From Negaprion brevirostris (taxonomy: Eukaryota), in NCBI GenBank assembly GCA_030324005.1, contig JARDVH010000031.1, forward strand, positions 42,606,239-42,670,238: DNA of 64,000 nucleotides, given 5' to 3'. The position numbers and the translations under genes are program-made. The stretch's first letter is position 1. Every line of letters begins with the position of its first letter. This document shows positions 56,001 to 64,000 of this stretch, piece after piece. The notes under the pieces were generated by a model. It had not been told where the DNA came from. It searched no databases and worked only from the letters and a program-made list of their open reading frames with translations.

Positions 56001-59000
56001 NNNNNNNNNNNNNNNNNNNNNNNNNNNNNNNNNNNNNNNNNNNNNNNNNNNNNNNNNNNNGGCCCAGGGGACTTATCTATTTTCAAACCCTCAAGAATAT
56101 CTAGCACATCCTCCTTATCAACTGCAATACTATCCAGATGAATTTCTTCATCTCCAGCACCTTCCAAGGATCTGCTGCCCAATACTTGGCAAGATTTCAC
56201 AATCTACTGCACATAAATACATCACCCAGATGACCAATGCCATGTTTGCAATCAATCAGGCCTGTTAAAACAAGAGGGGACTTAGATTTGCTGCAATAAT
56301 TCAATTGCCACCAAGTCCAAAGGAATCAGAGATTACAACCATGTGACAAGCAAAGCACTCTCGGATCAACCAGCAATACTTGGCAATCAAAATAATTTCT
56401 AGTTCATTAATGTTCGGCTGCTATGGAACCATTAGGAAATAATTATGCATGTTTGTACAAATGTTCCAGGAAGCTACTCTGATGTCTTCATTCTGCACCA
56501 GTTAAATATCCCACAGGTCTTCAAAGCCCCATGCTGACTATGCATGTGGCTCCTTGCAGATCCTAAAGATGTGGCTAATGGCACCATTGAAAAACCCTTC
56601 CACTGGTGCATGGAAAGGATCCAACAGAAACCATGGCTGGAATTGTTCCAGCAGCACGGAGATAGCTTTGGAGATACAGGGTAAAAATACCTGAAAGAGG
56701 TATGTCAGGCAGGCCCTTCAGCACATTCCCATCTCTATGTGATTTTCATAGAATCACACAGTGCAGAAGAGGCCCTTCGGCCTCTGCACTGAGTCATGAG
56801 AAACACCTGAACTCCCACCTAATCCCATCTAGCAACACTTGGCCCATAGCCTTGAATGTTACAACATGCCACACGCTCATCCAGGTTATTTTTAAAGGAT
56901 GTGAGGCAGCTGCCTCCACAACCCTCCCAGGCAGAGCATTCCAGACTGTCACCACCCTCGAGGTAAAAAAGTTTTTCCTCATCCCACTTAAACCTCCTGC
57001 CCATACCTTGAACTTATGTCCCCTTGTGACTGACCCTTCAACTAAGGGGAACAACTGCTCCCTATCCAATCTGTCCATGCCCCTGATAATCTTCAACACC
57101 ACAATCAGGTCAATATAGTATTGACATGCTGTGCTTGGTTGAGATCAAACCTTGGAGGAGGAGCAATGCCTACTCCAATCAGCTTGGATCATGTAGATCA
57201 AGTCCAAGACAAGAGGTGAGAGTCCTGTCTTGTCAGCTTGGATCAGGAATGTCTCAACTTGTTGAGACTCTAAATTGGGCTTGATTTGATTGAATTGGAA
57301 TAAAAACAAAAAAAACCAAAAACAACCCAAGCCAATTGAACCTCTCTTCATAACTTAAATGTTCCATCCCAAACAGCATCTTAGTGAATCTCCACTGCAC
57401 CCCACATTTAAGAAACTGAAGCTACAGATTGCCAACCCACAGGTGAAGATCTTGAAGCAGATTGACTTTGCAGTGACAAAGAACAAAACTGAAAAGTACC
57501 ATGTTGGGCGGACCGTGAGACATGCACGATATCAATTGCTATCGAACAACTACTACCTTTTCCGCAGCCTTTCCAATACATTGAGGGACAGCAGCAAGGA
57601 AACAATGGGAGCTCTGGAAGTGACAGTTTGAAAGGAACAGAACAGCTTTGAGCTTGCATGGAAAAGGGTTATACCTTTTTATATACCATTGGGGCTATAG
57701 CTGACATTCTGGCACAACAAGGCGTTGAGGAGATATTGGTACATTGAATGAGATTCTGGAGGCCCTCAATAATTGCTTCAGCCCTAGGAAGAATCTAGGT
57801 AAATATTTAGGTTCAGCCAGAGAAGCCAAAGATCATGTTCCTTTTTCTAGTTGGCTAGCTCCTGCAGTTAGGAAGCCCTAAAGTATAAGGCGACTGCATC
57901 ATAGCATACTCAATAATGCACAGCTGAGTTTATTAAATCAAGAGAGGATTTGAACTTAGAGAAGTCTAAACAGATTGGTGAGGCAGGTGAAGTTGTGATG
58001 GCTGAATTGGAGTGTAATCTGGGGCGATGTCAAGGCTCAGGAGGGGCCAATCCAGTACGTAGGCCCAAAGTTAGGACGCCCACCCTCCAAAGCCACTGAA
58101 GGACAGGGAGATCTATTGCATTTACGCTAAGGTGCTCCAGATGCAGCATCAACAGACAACGCCACAAAGACTGCCCAGATAGGAGAGCTGAATATTTTCT
58201 CTATGGCAGGACCAGGATATTTTAAACAGTTTTGTAGATCAATTTGAGGAAAGAAAACTAGAACAGGCAAAAATATCCTTTCTAGAACAGAATTCAAACT
58301 GGATATCGAGGTAAGGTTCTCCCTCTTATCAGACAAATTGGAAAGGCTTCAACATTGGCTTGAGGAACTAAAAATCTAGCCATTCCTTTGACAATACCTT
58401 TTAAACCCATGACCTCTACCACCTAGAAGGACAACGGCAGCAGATGCATGGGAATACGAACATTTGCAAGCGTCCCATCAAGTTACACAGCATCCTAACG
58501 AGGAACTATATCATCATTCCTTCATTGTGACTGGGTCAAAATCCTGGAACTCCCTTGCTAATAGCACTGTGAGTGTTCCTACAACACATTGGCTGCAATA
58601 GTTTTAGAAGGCAGCCCACCACTACCTTCCCAAGGGCAATTAAAGATAGGCAATAAATGCTGGCCAAGCTAGCAATACCCACACCTCATGAACAATTAAT
58701 TTTTAAAAACCTGTAAGCATGGATTTTAAAGTGAAGGGTCAGTTCATTACAACCCTCAGACATGAAGGTAAAGAAATTAACAAAACTCTTTATATCTTAC
58801 AGAATGATCAAATTTCTCTGATTTATACATTAGCATTTTTAAGACTTGGTCTATTACACACATTCAATGTGATATCGTTAGTGGACACCAAAGCAGTTCT
58901 CAAAGCTGACATTCCAAAGTTGGTTCGAGGGACTGACAGATTTTGAAATAGCACCTGAAGTTCATTCATTACACTGTGAGTCATACTTTTTTGTAGAAAC

Positions 59001-62000
59001 CCCATCCACTGGACCACCGGAGGAGTTGGTAGATTTCTCACTTTTCTTAGATGAGCTCGAAGGTGCGGAAATAAAAGACACTGAAAAAGATAGTGACCAA
59101 AGGAGCTTCTAGACCTGTTGGCTCTTTTCTGACAGACTTCATCAGAATGAAGCCGTTGCAGAAACAGGTGAAGAGTTGGAGGAAAAGGTCCATGATCTTG
59201 TCATACTCTTTGACTTCACTATCAATGTCACTGAAATCTCTGTTGTCTTTTTGAAGGAGTTTCATCCTACCATTGAAGAAGGTACTAAAGAGCTGATTTC
59301 ATCTACTTGTCTCATTGAATCCACCAGTGATATGCACCAACAATTGTTGGCTGACAACAGCAAGCTATGATGTGGAGATGCTGGCTTTGGACTGTGTTAA
59401 ACACAGTAAGAAGTCTCACAACACCAGGTTAAAGTCCAACAAGTTTATTTNNNNNNNNNNNNNNNNNNNNNNNNNNNNNNNNNNNNNNNNNNNNNNNNNN
59501 NNNNNNNNNNNNNNNNNNNNNNNNNNNNNNNNNNNNNNNNNNNNNNNNNNAACCTATGCTTAATGCTATCTCCACTCACATTGTCTGCACCTTTTAAGAA
59601 TTGATTAGCGGCAAAGACTCGCATTGTAATCAGTATTCTATAATCTGTGTGCACCTTTATATGCTCTGTTTGTGACCAGAACTCTCCACTCACCTGACGA
59701 AGGGGCAAACCCCGAAAGTGAATGGGTTTACTATCAAATAAACTTGTTGGACTTTTTCCTGGTGTTGTGAGACTTCTAACAGCAAGCTATCCAGGGGTAA
59801 AAAGAGATACTTGATTACAAGTTGGATCAAACCAATAGAGGATGTTCAGAGCTTATTAATTTGCATGAATGTAAGCTACAGCCCACATCTGAATCTCACC
59901 AGCAAGTCTTGGATATATTTAGATAACTTTTCCATGAAGAAATAGGAACCCAAACTACAGAGCTTCTACACTTGAAGAGTATTGAGGAATACTATACAGG
60001 AATTTCACCGAGATCCCGGTTTGGCAATTTATTCAATTGTTGAAGATGGTACATCTCTGTTTCTCATGCCGATACCACAATCCCTTTGCCTGTAGCAATG
60101 CCTTACACTGAAGCAAGTGTGAATATTATGCCACTGCTGTAGAAAATACACATCTTACCCTTGTGGTAGGAAAGTCATCTTTTCTTCATATCCTGCAATG
60201 TCTTCAATATTTCTTTGAGCCTCTTGTCATTGAGACATAGAGGTTTATAGCACTGAAACAGGCCCTTCGGCCCAACTTGTCTATGCGGCCCAGTTTTACC
60301 ATTAAGCTAGTCCCAATTGCCTGTGAATGGCCCATATCCCTCCAGCTTTTAAAAAGACAAAATTGTACCCGCCTCTACCACTACCTCTGGCAGCTCATTC
60401 CAGACAGGCACTACCCTCTGTGTAAAAAAATTTCCCCTCTGCACCCTTTTGTATCTCTCCCCAAACTCATGCCCTCTAGTTTTAGCCTCCCTACCTTTTA
60501 GGAAAAGGTGTTGACTATCTACCTCATCTATGCCCCTCATTATTTTNNNNNNNNNNTTTTTAAAAGACAAAATTGTACCCACCTCTACTACTGCCTCTGG
60601 CTGCTCATTCCAGACACTCACCACCCTCCGTGTGAAAAAATTGCCGTTCTGGACCCTTTTGTATCTCTCCCCTGTCACCTTAAACCTATGCCCTTTAGTT
60701 TTAGACTCTCCTACCTTTGGGAAAAGATATTGACTATTCAGCTGATCTATGCCTCTCATTAGTTTATAGACCTCTATAAGATCACCCCTTAGCCTTCAAT
60801 GCTCCGGAGAAAAAGGTCCCAGTCTATTCAGCCTCTCCTTATAACTCAAACCATCAAGTCTCAGTAGCATCTTAGTAAATCTTTTCCACACTCTTTATAG
60901 TTTAATAATATTCTTTCTATAATAGGGTTTCCAGAATTGTAGACAATGTTCCAAGTGTGGCCTTACCCAATGACTTGTACAATTTCAACAAGATGTCCCA
61001 ACTTCTGTATTCAATGTTCTGACCAATAAATCCAAGCATGCCAAATGCCATCTTCACCGCCCTGTCCACCTTTGACTCTACTTTCAAGGAACTATGAACC
61101 TGTACCCCTAGATCCCTTTGTTCTTTGACTCTTCCCAATGCCCAACCATTAGAACTTCTCTGGTTCGATCTATCAAAATGGATCACCTTGCATTTACCTA
61201 AATTAAACTCCATCTGCCATTCTTCTGCCCACTGACTCAATTGATCAAGATCTCATTGTAATCTTTTTCACTGTCCACTATGCCACCAATAGTTTTCTGC
61301 AAACTTGCTAACTGTGCCTTCTAACTTCTCATCCAGATCATTAATATAACTGACAAATAGAAGTGGAGCTAGCACCAATCCCTGAGGCACATTGCAGGTC
61401 ACAGGCCTCGAGTTTGAAAAACAATACAACCACCTTCTGTCTTCTGCCATCAAGCCAATTTTGTATCCAACTGGCTATCTCACCCTGGATCCCATGAGAT
61501 TTAACTTTATGCAACAACTTACCATACGAACCTTGTCTGTCAGATCAATTCAGATCTCAGGTATTGAATACTTTTGTTGCCACACTATTGATGAATGATA
61601 CAGTTGTGAAATTCATCAGTGAAGTTGAAGGTGCTTCATTTTCTCAATCCATTTCCCAGTGTGCAATGTAGAAGAAGATTACAGAGAGAATGTCAGCTTA
61701 TTTGCTTCCTTTTCAAGGTGGTGTGTCCATCCATGTGCTGAAGTTTTCTTCTTAAAACAGTTTTTCATTGAATGGGCTTCACAGCCTTTACAGTCCAATC
61801 AATGTGAGGGCTATATGCCAGACATCAGAAGCTGATATCCAATTCCATCAATGTGTTTGTCTTTCAAGGCAAAGGTAAAGGAATGTACAAGTCCTGCATA
61901 TTCTCCAAGAGAGCTAAAAATACTGTTGAGATTGAAGCCTTTGATGCCAGTGACTGGGAGGAAGGGAGAGAGGGGGGAGTAGGAGTTGGAAAGAAACGGT

Positions 62001-62958
62001 AAACCATACAGGAGGTTTACAGTTTTGGAAATATAATGTAAATAGTTCAACAAAAAATGGAACAGTTCGGAGATTATATTGGGACGAAGTAAAGTAATAG
62101 ATTAATGGTTATAGTAGTAAGATAATGTGTTTTTAATGATGTAGGCATGCGATTAATAATCAGATGACCAAGATGCAGAATAATCTATGAGACCTAGAGA
62201 CAATGGGCAGGATTCTCCATCATTAGCAAGAATGGAAAATTTGGCATGCCGCCTAAAACTCCATTCACTTTTAGCGACACCGGAAAACCCCAGCGACAAA
62301 CAAGGACAGAGGATTTCGGCCCATGTGTTTACCCTAAGGTCTTTGTAAATAGTTCTTAATAAATAATTTCAAGAAGACTATATACCAACTATCACAAGTC
62401 TGTCAATCACTTGTGCTGCCAACCAGTCTCCTGCTCACCATCCCTAATTGACATACAGTTTATATCATTAAAGTTACTACAGACCTCACAGATCTTCCAA
62501 TGACATTCTTAGGTTCTATTTTTTTAGGTACGTGGATATTCTAGAACAAGCACTTGTTGTGGGAGACCCTGTTTTAATAGAAAACATTGAGGAGACCATT
62601 GATCCTGTGCTAGATCCATTACTTGGCAGACACACCATTAAGAAAGGAAGGTAGCAATGATTTGAATCTTAGCGCTTATTAATTAAGTATAAGCTTTAAA
62701 TTTACTTAGATAAAAATATAAAAATTTAACACAGCTGATCCTTATTTTCAAAGGTATATTAGAATTGGAGATAAAGAGTGTATGTTCCATCCCAACTTCC
62801 ATCTGATTCTACACACCAAATTGGCTAATCCTCATTACAAACCTGAAATACAGGCACAGACGACTCTGATTAACTTTACAGTCACCCGTGATGGTTTAGA
62901 AGACCAACTACTTGCAGAAGTGGTGAGCCTTGAAAGACCTGATCTGGAACAGCTGAAG
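7885..62958 (+). CDS. DNAH11: Axonemal dynein heavy chain (outer-arm beta type, DNAH11-like), internal 13 exons only; gene extends beyond both window ends
   Basis: 13 AG/GT-bounded exons (143,162,234,147,114,144,183,102,135,174,236,123,205 nt) join in one open frame. Motifs: [98 protein letters not shown] and DKEHIPE fit recalled DNAH11 better than DNAH9/17. Confidence 0.88.
10430..11210 (-). mobile_element. Decayed PIF/Harbinger transposase
   Basis: Minus strand [44 protein letters not shown]. Confidence 0.8.
11220..13803. mobile_element. Putative non-autonomous Harbinger-like TIR element
   Basis: Ends ggcagaattttccact ... agtggaaatttcac form an imperfect inverted repeat; internal decayed helical ORF 12406-12702; contains an N gap. 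Confidence 0.4.
14908..15225 (+). mobile_element. HE1/V-SINE
   Basis: gggcagcatggtagcacagcggttagcactactgc...gtcactgtctgtgtggagttt...; full-length layout. Confidence 0.85.
15250..16000 (-). mobile_element. Decayed PIF/Harbinger transposase
   Basis: Minus strand [68 protein letters not shown]. Confidence 0.85.
18274..18435 (+). CDS. DNAH11: Dynein heavy chain exon (AAA4)
   Basis: tttttag|GTT GTT CTG TGC...CTG GAG|gtaaac; [43 protein letters not shown]... Confidence 0.95.
20730..20963 (+). CDS. DNAH11: Dynein heavy chain exon (AAA4 small domain / start of stalk CC1)
   Basis: tctctag|CCT GAA GTG...TCA CAA|gtgagt; [17 protein letters not shown]...[16 protein letters not shown]. Confidence 0.95.
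21384..21530 (+). CDS. DNAH11: Dynein heavy chain exon (stalk CC1)
   Basis: atctag|GTA GAA GTT...CAA AGG|gtacat; [49 protein letters not shown]. Confidence 0.93.
22129..22242 (+). CDS. DNAH11: Dynein heavy chain exon (CC1 to MTBD junction)
   Basis: ttgcag|GTA ACT GAT...AAC AGG|gtatga; ...[23 protein letters not shown]. Confidence 0.94.
22332..22475 (+). CDS. DNAH11: Dynein heavy chain exon (microtubule-binding domain)
   Basis: ttatag|TCA AAC CTG...AGC AAG|gtaata after an 89-nt intron; [48 protein letters not shown]. Confidence 0.94.
24705..24887 (+). CDS. DNAH11: Dynein heavy chain exon (microtubule-binding domain)
   Basis: ttttag|GTG GAT GAT...CAT GAG|gtaggg; [18 protein letters not shown]...[28 protein letters not shown]. 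Confidence 0.95.
26420..26790 (-). mobile_element. CR1 LINE 3' fragment
   Basis: catacaaattaggagttggagtggacc...gagcctgctctgccatttaataagg-type tail; minus-strand [11 protein letters not shown]. Confidence 0.75.
27125..27350 (-). mobile_element. CR1 LINE 3' tail (left boundary of the HCLS1 island)
   Basis: aagaacataagaacataagaaataggagcaggagtaggcc...gagcctgccccgccattcaataagatcatggctga: octamer-repeat tail plus 3' UTR. Confidence 0.85.
27653..27795 (+). repeat. Deu-domain SINE remnant with a 17-bp tandem repeat (tcggacgggcagcgctg x3)
   Basis: Tandem units at 27653-27703, followed by tgcactgctgaagggctgactttcagataagatgttaaacc...gatgtaaaagatc resembling the recalled DeuSINE core. Confidence 0.55.
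28089..28237 (-). pseudogene. HCLS1: Isolated 149-nt exon of an HCLS1/cortactin-family gene (helical/coiled-coil region)
   Basis: Minus strand ctgcag|CC AGC AGT GGT...CAG CAG|gtgagt = [50 protein letters not shown]. It joins the 70-nt exon in phase 1 with no stop. Confidence 0.88.
28242..28612 (+). repeat. Purine-rich (GA) low-complexity tract with a (GA)n microsatellite near 28316-28337
   Basis: Read directly; it is the pyrimidine tract upstream of the minus-strand 149-nt exon acceptor. Confidence 0.9.
29355..29424 (-). pseudogene. HCLS1: Isolated 70-nt exon of an HCLS1 (HS1)/cortactin-family gene, antisense within the dynein intron
   Basis: Minus strand ttgcag|AAC GCA GCC TCT TTC ACC GAG ATG GAG...GAA GCC G|gtgagt = [23 protein letters not shown]. 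Recalled human HCLS1 reads SAVGFNEMEAPTTAYKKTTPIEA. Confidence 0.85.
29637..29711 (-). mobile_element. CR1 LINE 3' tail (right boundary of the HCLS1 island), truncated by an N gap
   Basis: aacataagaacataagaaataggagcaggagtaggccatctcgcccttcgagcctgccccgccattcaataagat, near-identical to 27128-27201. Confidence 0.85.
30021..30390 (-). mobile_element. tRNA-headed SINE with an L2-type 3' tail
   Basis: Minus strand ggaggtgatggccaagtggtatt...gggtttgaatcctgccatggc...aataaatgctg...atgaatgaatgaataaaaaa. Confidence 0.7.
31355..32100 (-). mobile_element. Decayed PIF/Harbinger transposase
   Basis: Minus strand [41 protein letters not shown]. Confidence 0.78.
35644..35745 (+). CDS. DNAH11: Dynein heavy chain exon (start of stalk CC2)
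   Basis: tgctag|GTT TAC TGT...CTT GCA|gtaagt; [34 protein letters not shown]. Confidence 0.93.
36590..36935 (+). mobile_element. SINE with an L2-type tail (same family as 30021-30390)
   Basis: ggactagtagtg...atgggttcaaattccgccatggcacctggtagaatttaaattc...gggcaattaggaataagtaacaaatgttgg. Confidence 0.65.
42925..43059 (+). CDS. DNAH11: Dynein heavy chain exon (stalk CC2)
   Basis: tgaaag|GAA TTA GAC...CTA GAG|gtgaga; [45 protein letters not shown]. Confidence 0.93.
43527..43700 (+). CDS. DNAH11: Dynein heavy chain exon (end of CC2)
   Basis: tgttag|TCA GAG AAT...CAA AAG|gtagat; [10 protein letters not shown]...[23 protein letters not shown]. Confidence 0.93.
44258..44860 (-). mobile_element. CR1 LINE 3' fragment
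   Basis: catagaaacatagaaaataggagcaagagg tail; minus-strand C-terminal RT region (aaaactgcacacaatat = YCVQF). Confidence 0.8.
46133..47003. mobile_element. 871-bp non-autonomous TIR DNA transposon (Harbinger-like)
   Basis: TIRs gggccctattttaccat / atggtaaaattaggccc; 3-bp flanks ttt/tct; it splits a Penelope-type motif cgaaacattaac|tctgtttttctctct. Confidence 0.7.
47130..48620 (+). mobile_element. L2-type LINE 3' portion, decayed
   Basis: [44 protein letters not shown], tail aattaggcatggataataaatg. Confidence 0.75.
48945..49615 (+). mobile_element. CR1 LINE 3' fragment
   Basis: [25 protein letters not shown]; ends tcttatggtcttatg. Confidence 0.85.
49800..51010 (+). mobile_element. 5'-truncated CR1 LINE
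   Basis: [46 protein letters not shown]; ends ttatggttctatg. Confidence 0.88.
51300..51700 (-). mobile_element. Decayed PIF/Harbinger transposase
   Basis: Minus strand [43 protein letters not shown]. Confidence 0.78.
52744..53330 (+). mobile_element. HE1/V-SINE interrupted by a local templated insertion
   Basis: SINE head and core at 52744-52974; resumes at about 53230 ggggatagggcc...gatgggccaaatggcctcc; tail tctatgattccatg. Confidence 0.85.
52995..53226 (+). repeat. Exact 232-bp duplicate of 49638-49869
   Basis: Identical on manual comparison (tcaaagagtggctgctccg...catggattttagcaa). Confidence 0.95.
53723..53958 (+). CDS. DNAH11: Dynein heavy chain exon (AAA5)
   Basis: acctag|GTT CCA ATT...AAG GG|gtgaga; [25 protein letters not shown]...[17 protein letters not shown]. 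Confidence 0.95.
55775..56730 (+). mobile_element. Decayed PIF/Harbinger transposase interrupted by a CR1 insertion (55940-56138)
   Basis: [33 protein letters not shown] | [38 protein letters not shown]; tgaattt repeated at 55933-55939 and 56139-56145. Confidence 0.8.
56745..57115 (-). mobile_element. CR1 LINE 3' fragment
   Basis: ORF track: [30 protein letters not shown]...[14 protein letters not shown]. Confidence 0.88.
58400..58710 (+). mobile_element. L2-type LINE/SINE 3' end
   Basis: gacctctaccacctagaaggac...aaaatcctggaactccct...gggcaattaaagataggcaataaatgctgg. Confidence 0.7.
59369..59777. mobile_element. Penelope-type insertion with inverted terminal segments and a 13-bp TSD
   Basis: TSD aacagcaagctat at 59356-59368 and 59778-59790; inverted repeats 59409-59450 vs 59736-59777; CTGACGA..GAAA core at 59694-59717. 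Confidence 0.75.
60234..61535 (-). mobile_element. CR1 LINE fragments (two adjacent 3' segments plus RT)
   Basis: [46 protein letters not shown], and FFT.RVV.VWNE.PE twice. Confidence 0.88.
62528..62650 (+). CDS. DNAH11: Dynein heavy chain exon (AAA5)
   Basis: ttttag|G TAC GTG...GGA AG|gtagca; [40 protein letters not shown]. Confidence 0.95.
62754..62958 (+). CDS. DNAH11: Dynein heavy chain exon (AAA5)
   Basis: tcaaag|G TAT ATT...CTG AAG|gtaatt after a 103-nt intron; [52 protein letters not shown]. Confidence 0.95.
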
Positions 62959-63049
62959 GTAATTTCCTTGCATTCTTCTTTCTGTAATTTTACAATGACT
63001 ATAAAATAAATATAGAAAATGTTGGAAACACTCAGCAGGTGAGACAGCA

Positions 63050-63850
63050 TATCTTTTTTTTGTGCTTTGTGAATGTCACTGGCTAGAACAGTATTTATTG
63101 CCAATCCCTAATTGCCTTTTACAAGGTGGTGATGAACCACCACCTTGAACTGCTGTAGTCCATTTGGTGTAGGTACATCCATAGTGCTGTCAGGAAGGAT
63201 GTATCAGGATTTTGACCCAACAACAGTGAAGAATGGTATAGATCAAGTCGGGTTGGTTTGTGACTTGAATAGGAACCTGTAGATAGCAGCTGTGTTCCCA
63301 TGCACTGCTACCTTTATCTTTCTAGGATATTGAGGTTGGTGATTTGGAAGGTCCTGTCAAAGGAGTCTTGNNNNNNNNNNNNNATATATACTGCTGCCAC
63401 TGTGCAGTGGTAGTTGAGGCAGTGAATGTTTAAAGGTGAGGCATAGTGACCCAGTCAAGCAGGGTGTTTTGTCCTAGATAATGCCTTGTTTTCAGAGTTG
63501 TTGGAACTGAACTCATCCAGGCAAGTGATTATTCCTTATAGATAGCGGACTGGCTTTAGGAAATCAGGAGGTCAATTACTTATTGCAGGATTTCTAGTAT
63601 CTGACTTGCTCCTGTAGCTATTGTATTTATATAGCTTATTCAGTGGTAACTCTCAGGGTGTTGTTGTGGGGGATTCAGCAATGGTAATGCCATTGAGTGT
63701 CATGGGGAGTTGGTTAAATTCTCCCTTGTGTGAGAGAATCAATGTCTAGCATCTGTGTGGCATGAATATTACTTGCCAATTATCAGCTGAAGGATGAATG
63801 TTGCCCAGGTCTTTCTGCATGCTGGCACAGACAGCTTCAGTATCTCATGT
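63050..63850 (-). mobile_element. L2-type LINE 3' fragment
   Basis: Reverse-complement similarity to 47700-48600 (atttattgccaatccctaattgcc, ccaccttgaactgctgtagtcc, gttccatgcactgc-type motifs). Confidence 0.7.
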
Positions 63851-64000
63851 TGTGAAGTTAGTGTTTGTAAAGTTATAAAACAATTGTAAAAATGCTAAGA
63901 GCAGAAAGTATTGCAGGGTCTGTTTAAAAAAAAGGTAGTTTTTTTTGAAGAGAAGCAGGCGCATGCTGTACACAGACTGAAACATTGTATTGTGAGCCTA

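Noticed and set aside
7885-62958. Assignment as DNAH9 or DNAH17
   Set aside because: MTBD residues ([33 protein letters not shown]) fit recalled DNAH11 better; phylogeny or synteny is needed to be definitive.

Overview
Eukaryotic, repeat-rich vertebrate DNA, most likely from a cartilaginous fish: it carries HE1/V-SINE-type SINEs, CR1/L2 LINEs, Penelope-like elements and Harbinger relics, and several N gaps mark a draft assembly. The backbone is an internal part of an axonemal outer-arm dynein heavy chain gene on the + strand, best matching DNAH11. Thirteen GT-AG exons (7885-62958, 2102 nt) splice into one stop-free frame covering the end of AAA4, stalk CC1, the microtubule-binding domain, CC2 and AAA5. 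The main surprise is a ~2.5 kb island in the 24888-35643 intron. It holds two consecutive, intact, phase-compatible HCLS1/cortactin-family exons on the - strand with their intron, bracketed by two same-orientation CR1 3' tails. This is either retro-mobilised pre-mRNA/segmental capture or an assembly misjoin. Other highlights: a Pro-to-Leu change at the conserved CC2 stalk proline, an exact 232-bp local templated insertion inside a SINE, at least six decayed Harbinger transposases, and a Penelope-type insertion with inverted termini, a 13-bp TSD and a degenerate hammerhead core. All homology calls come from recalled sequences, not database searches, and repeat boundaries are approximate.
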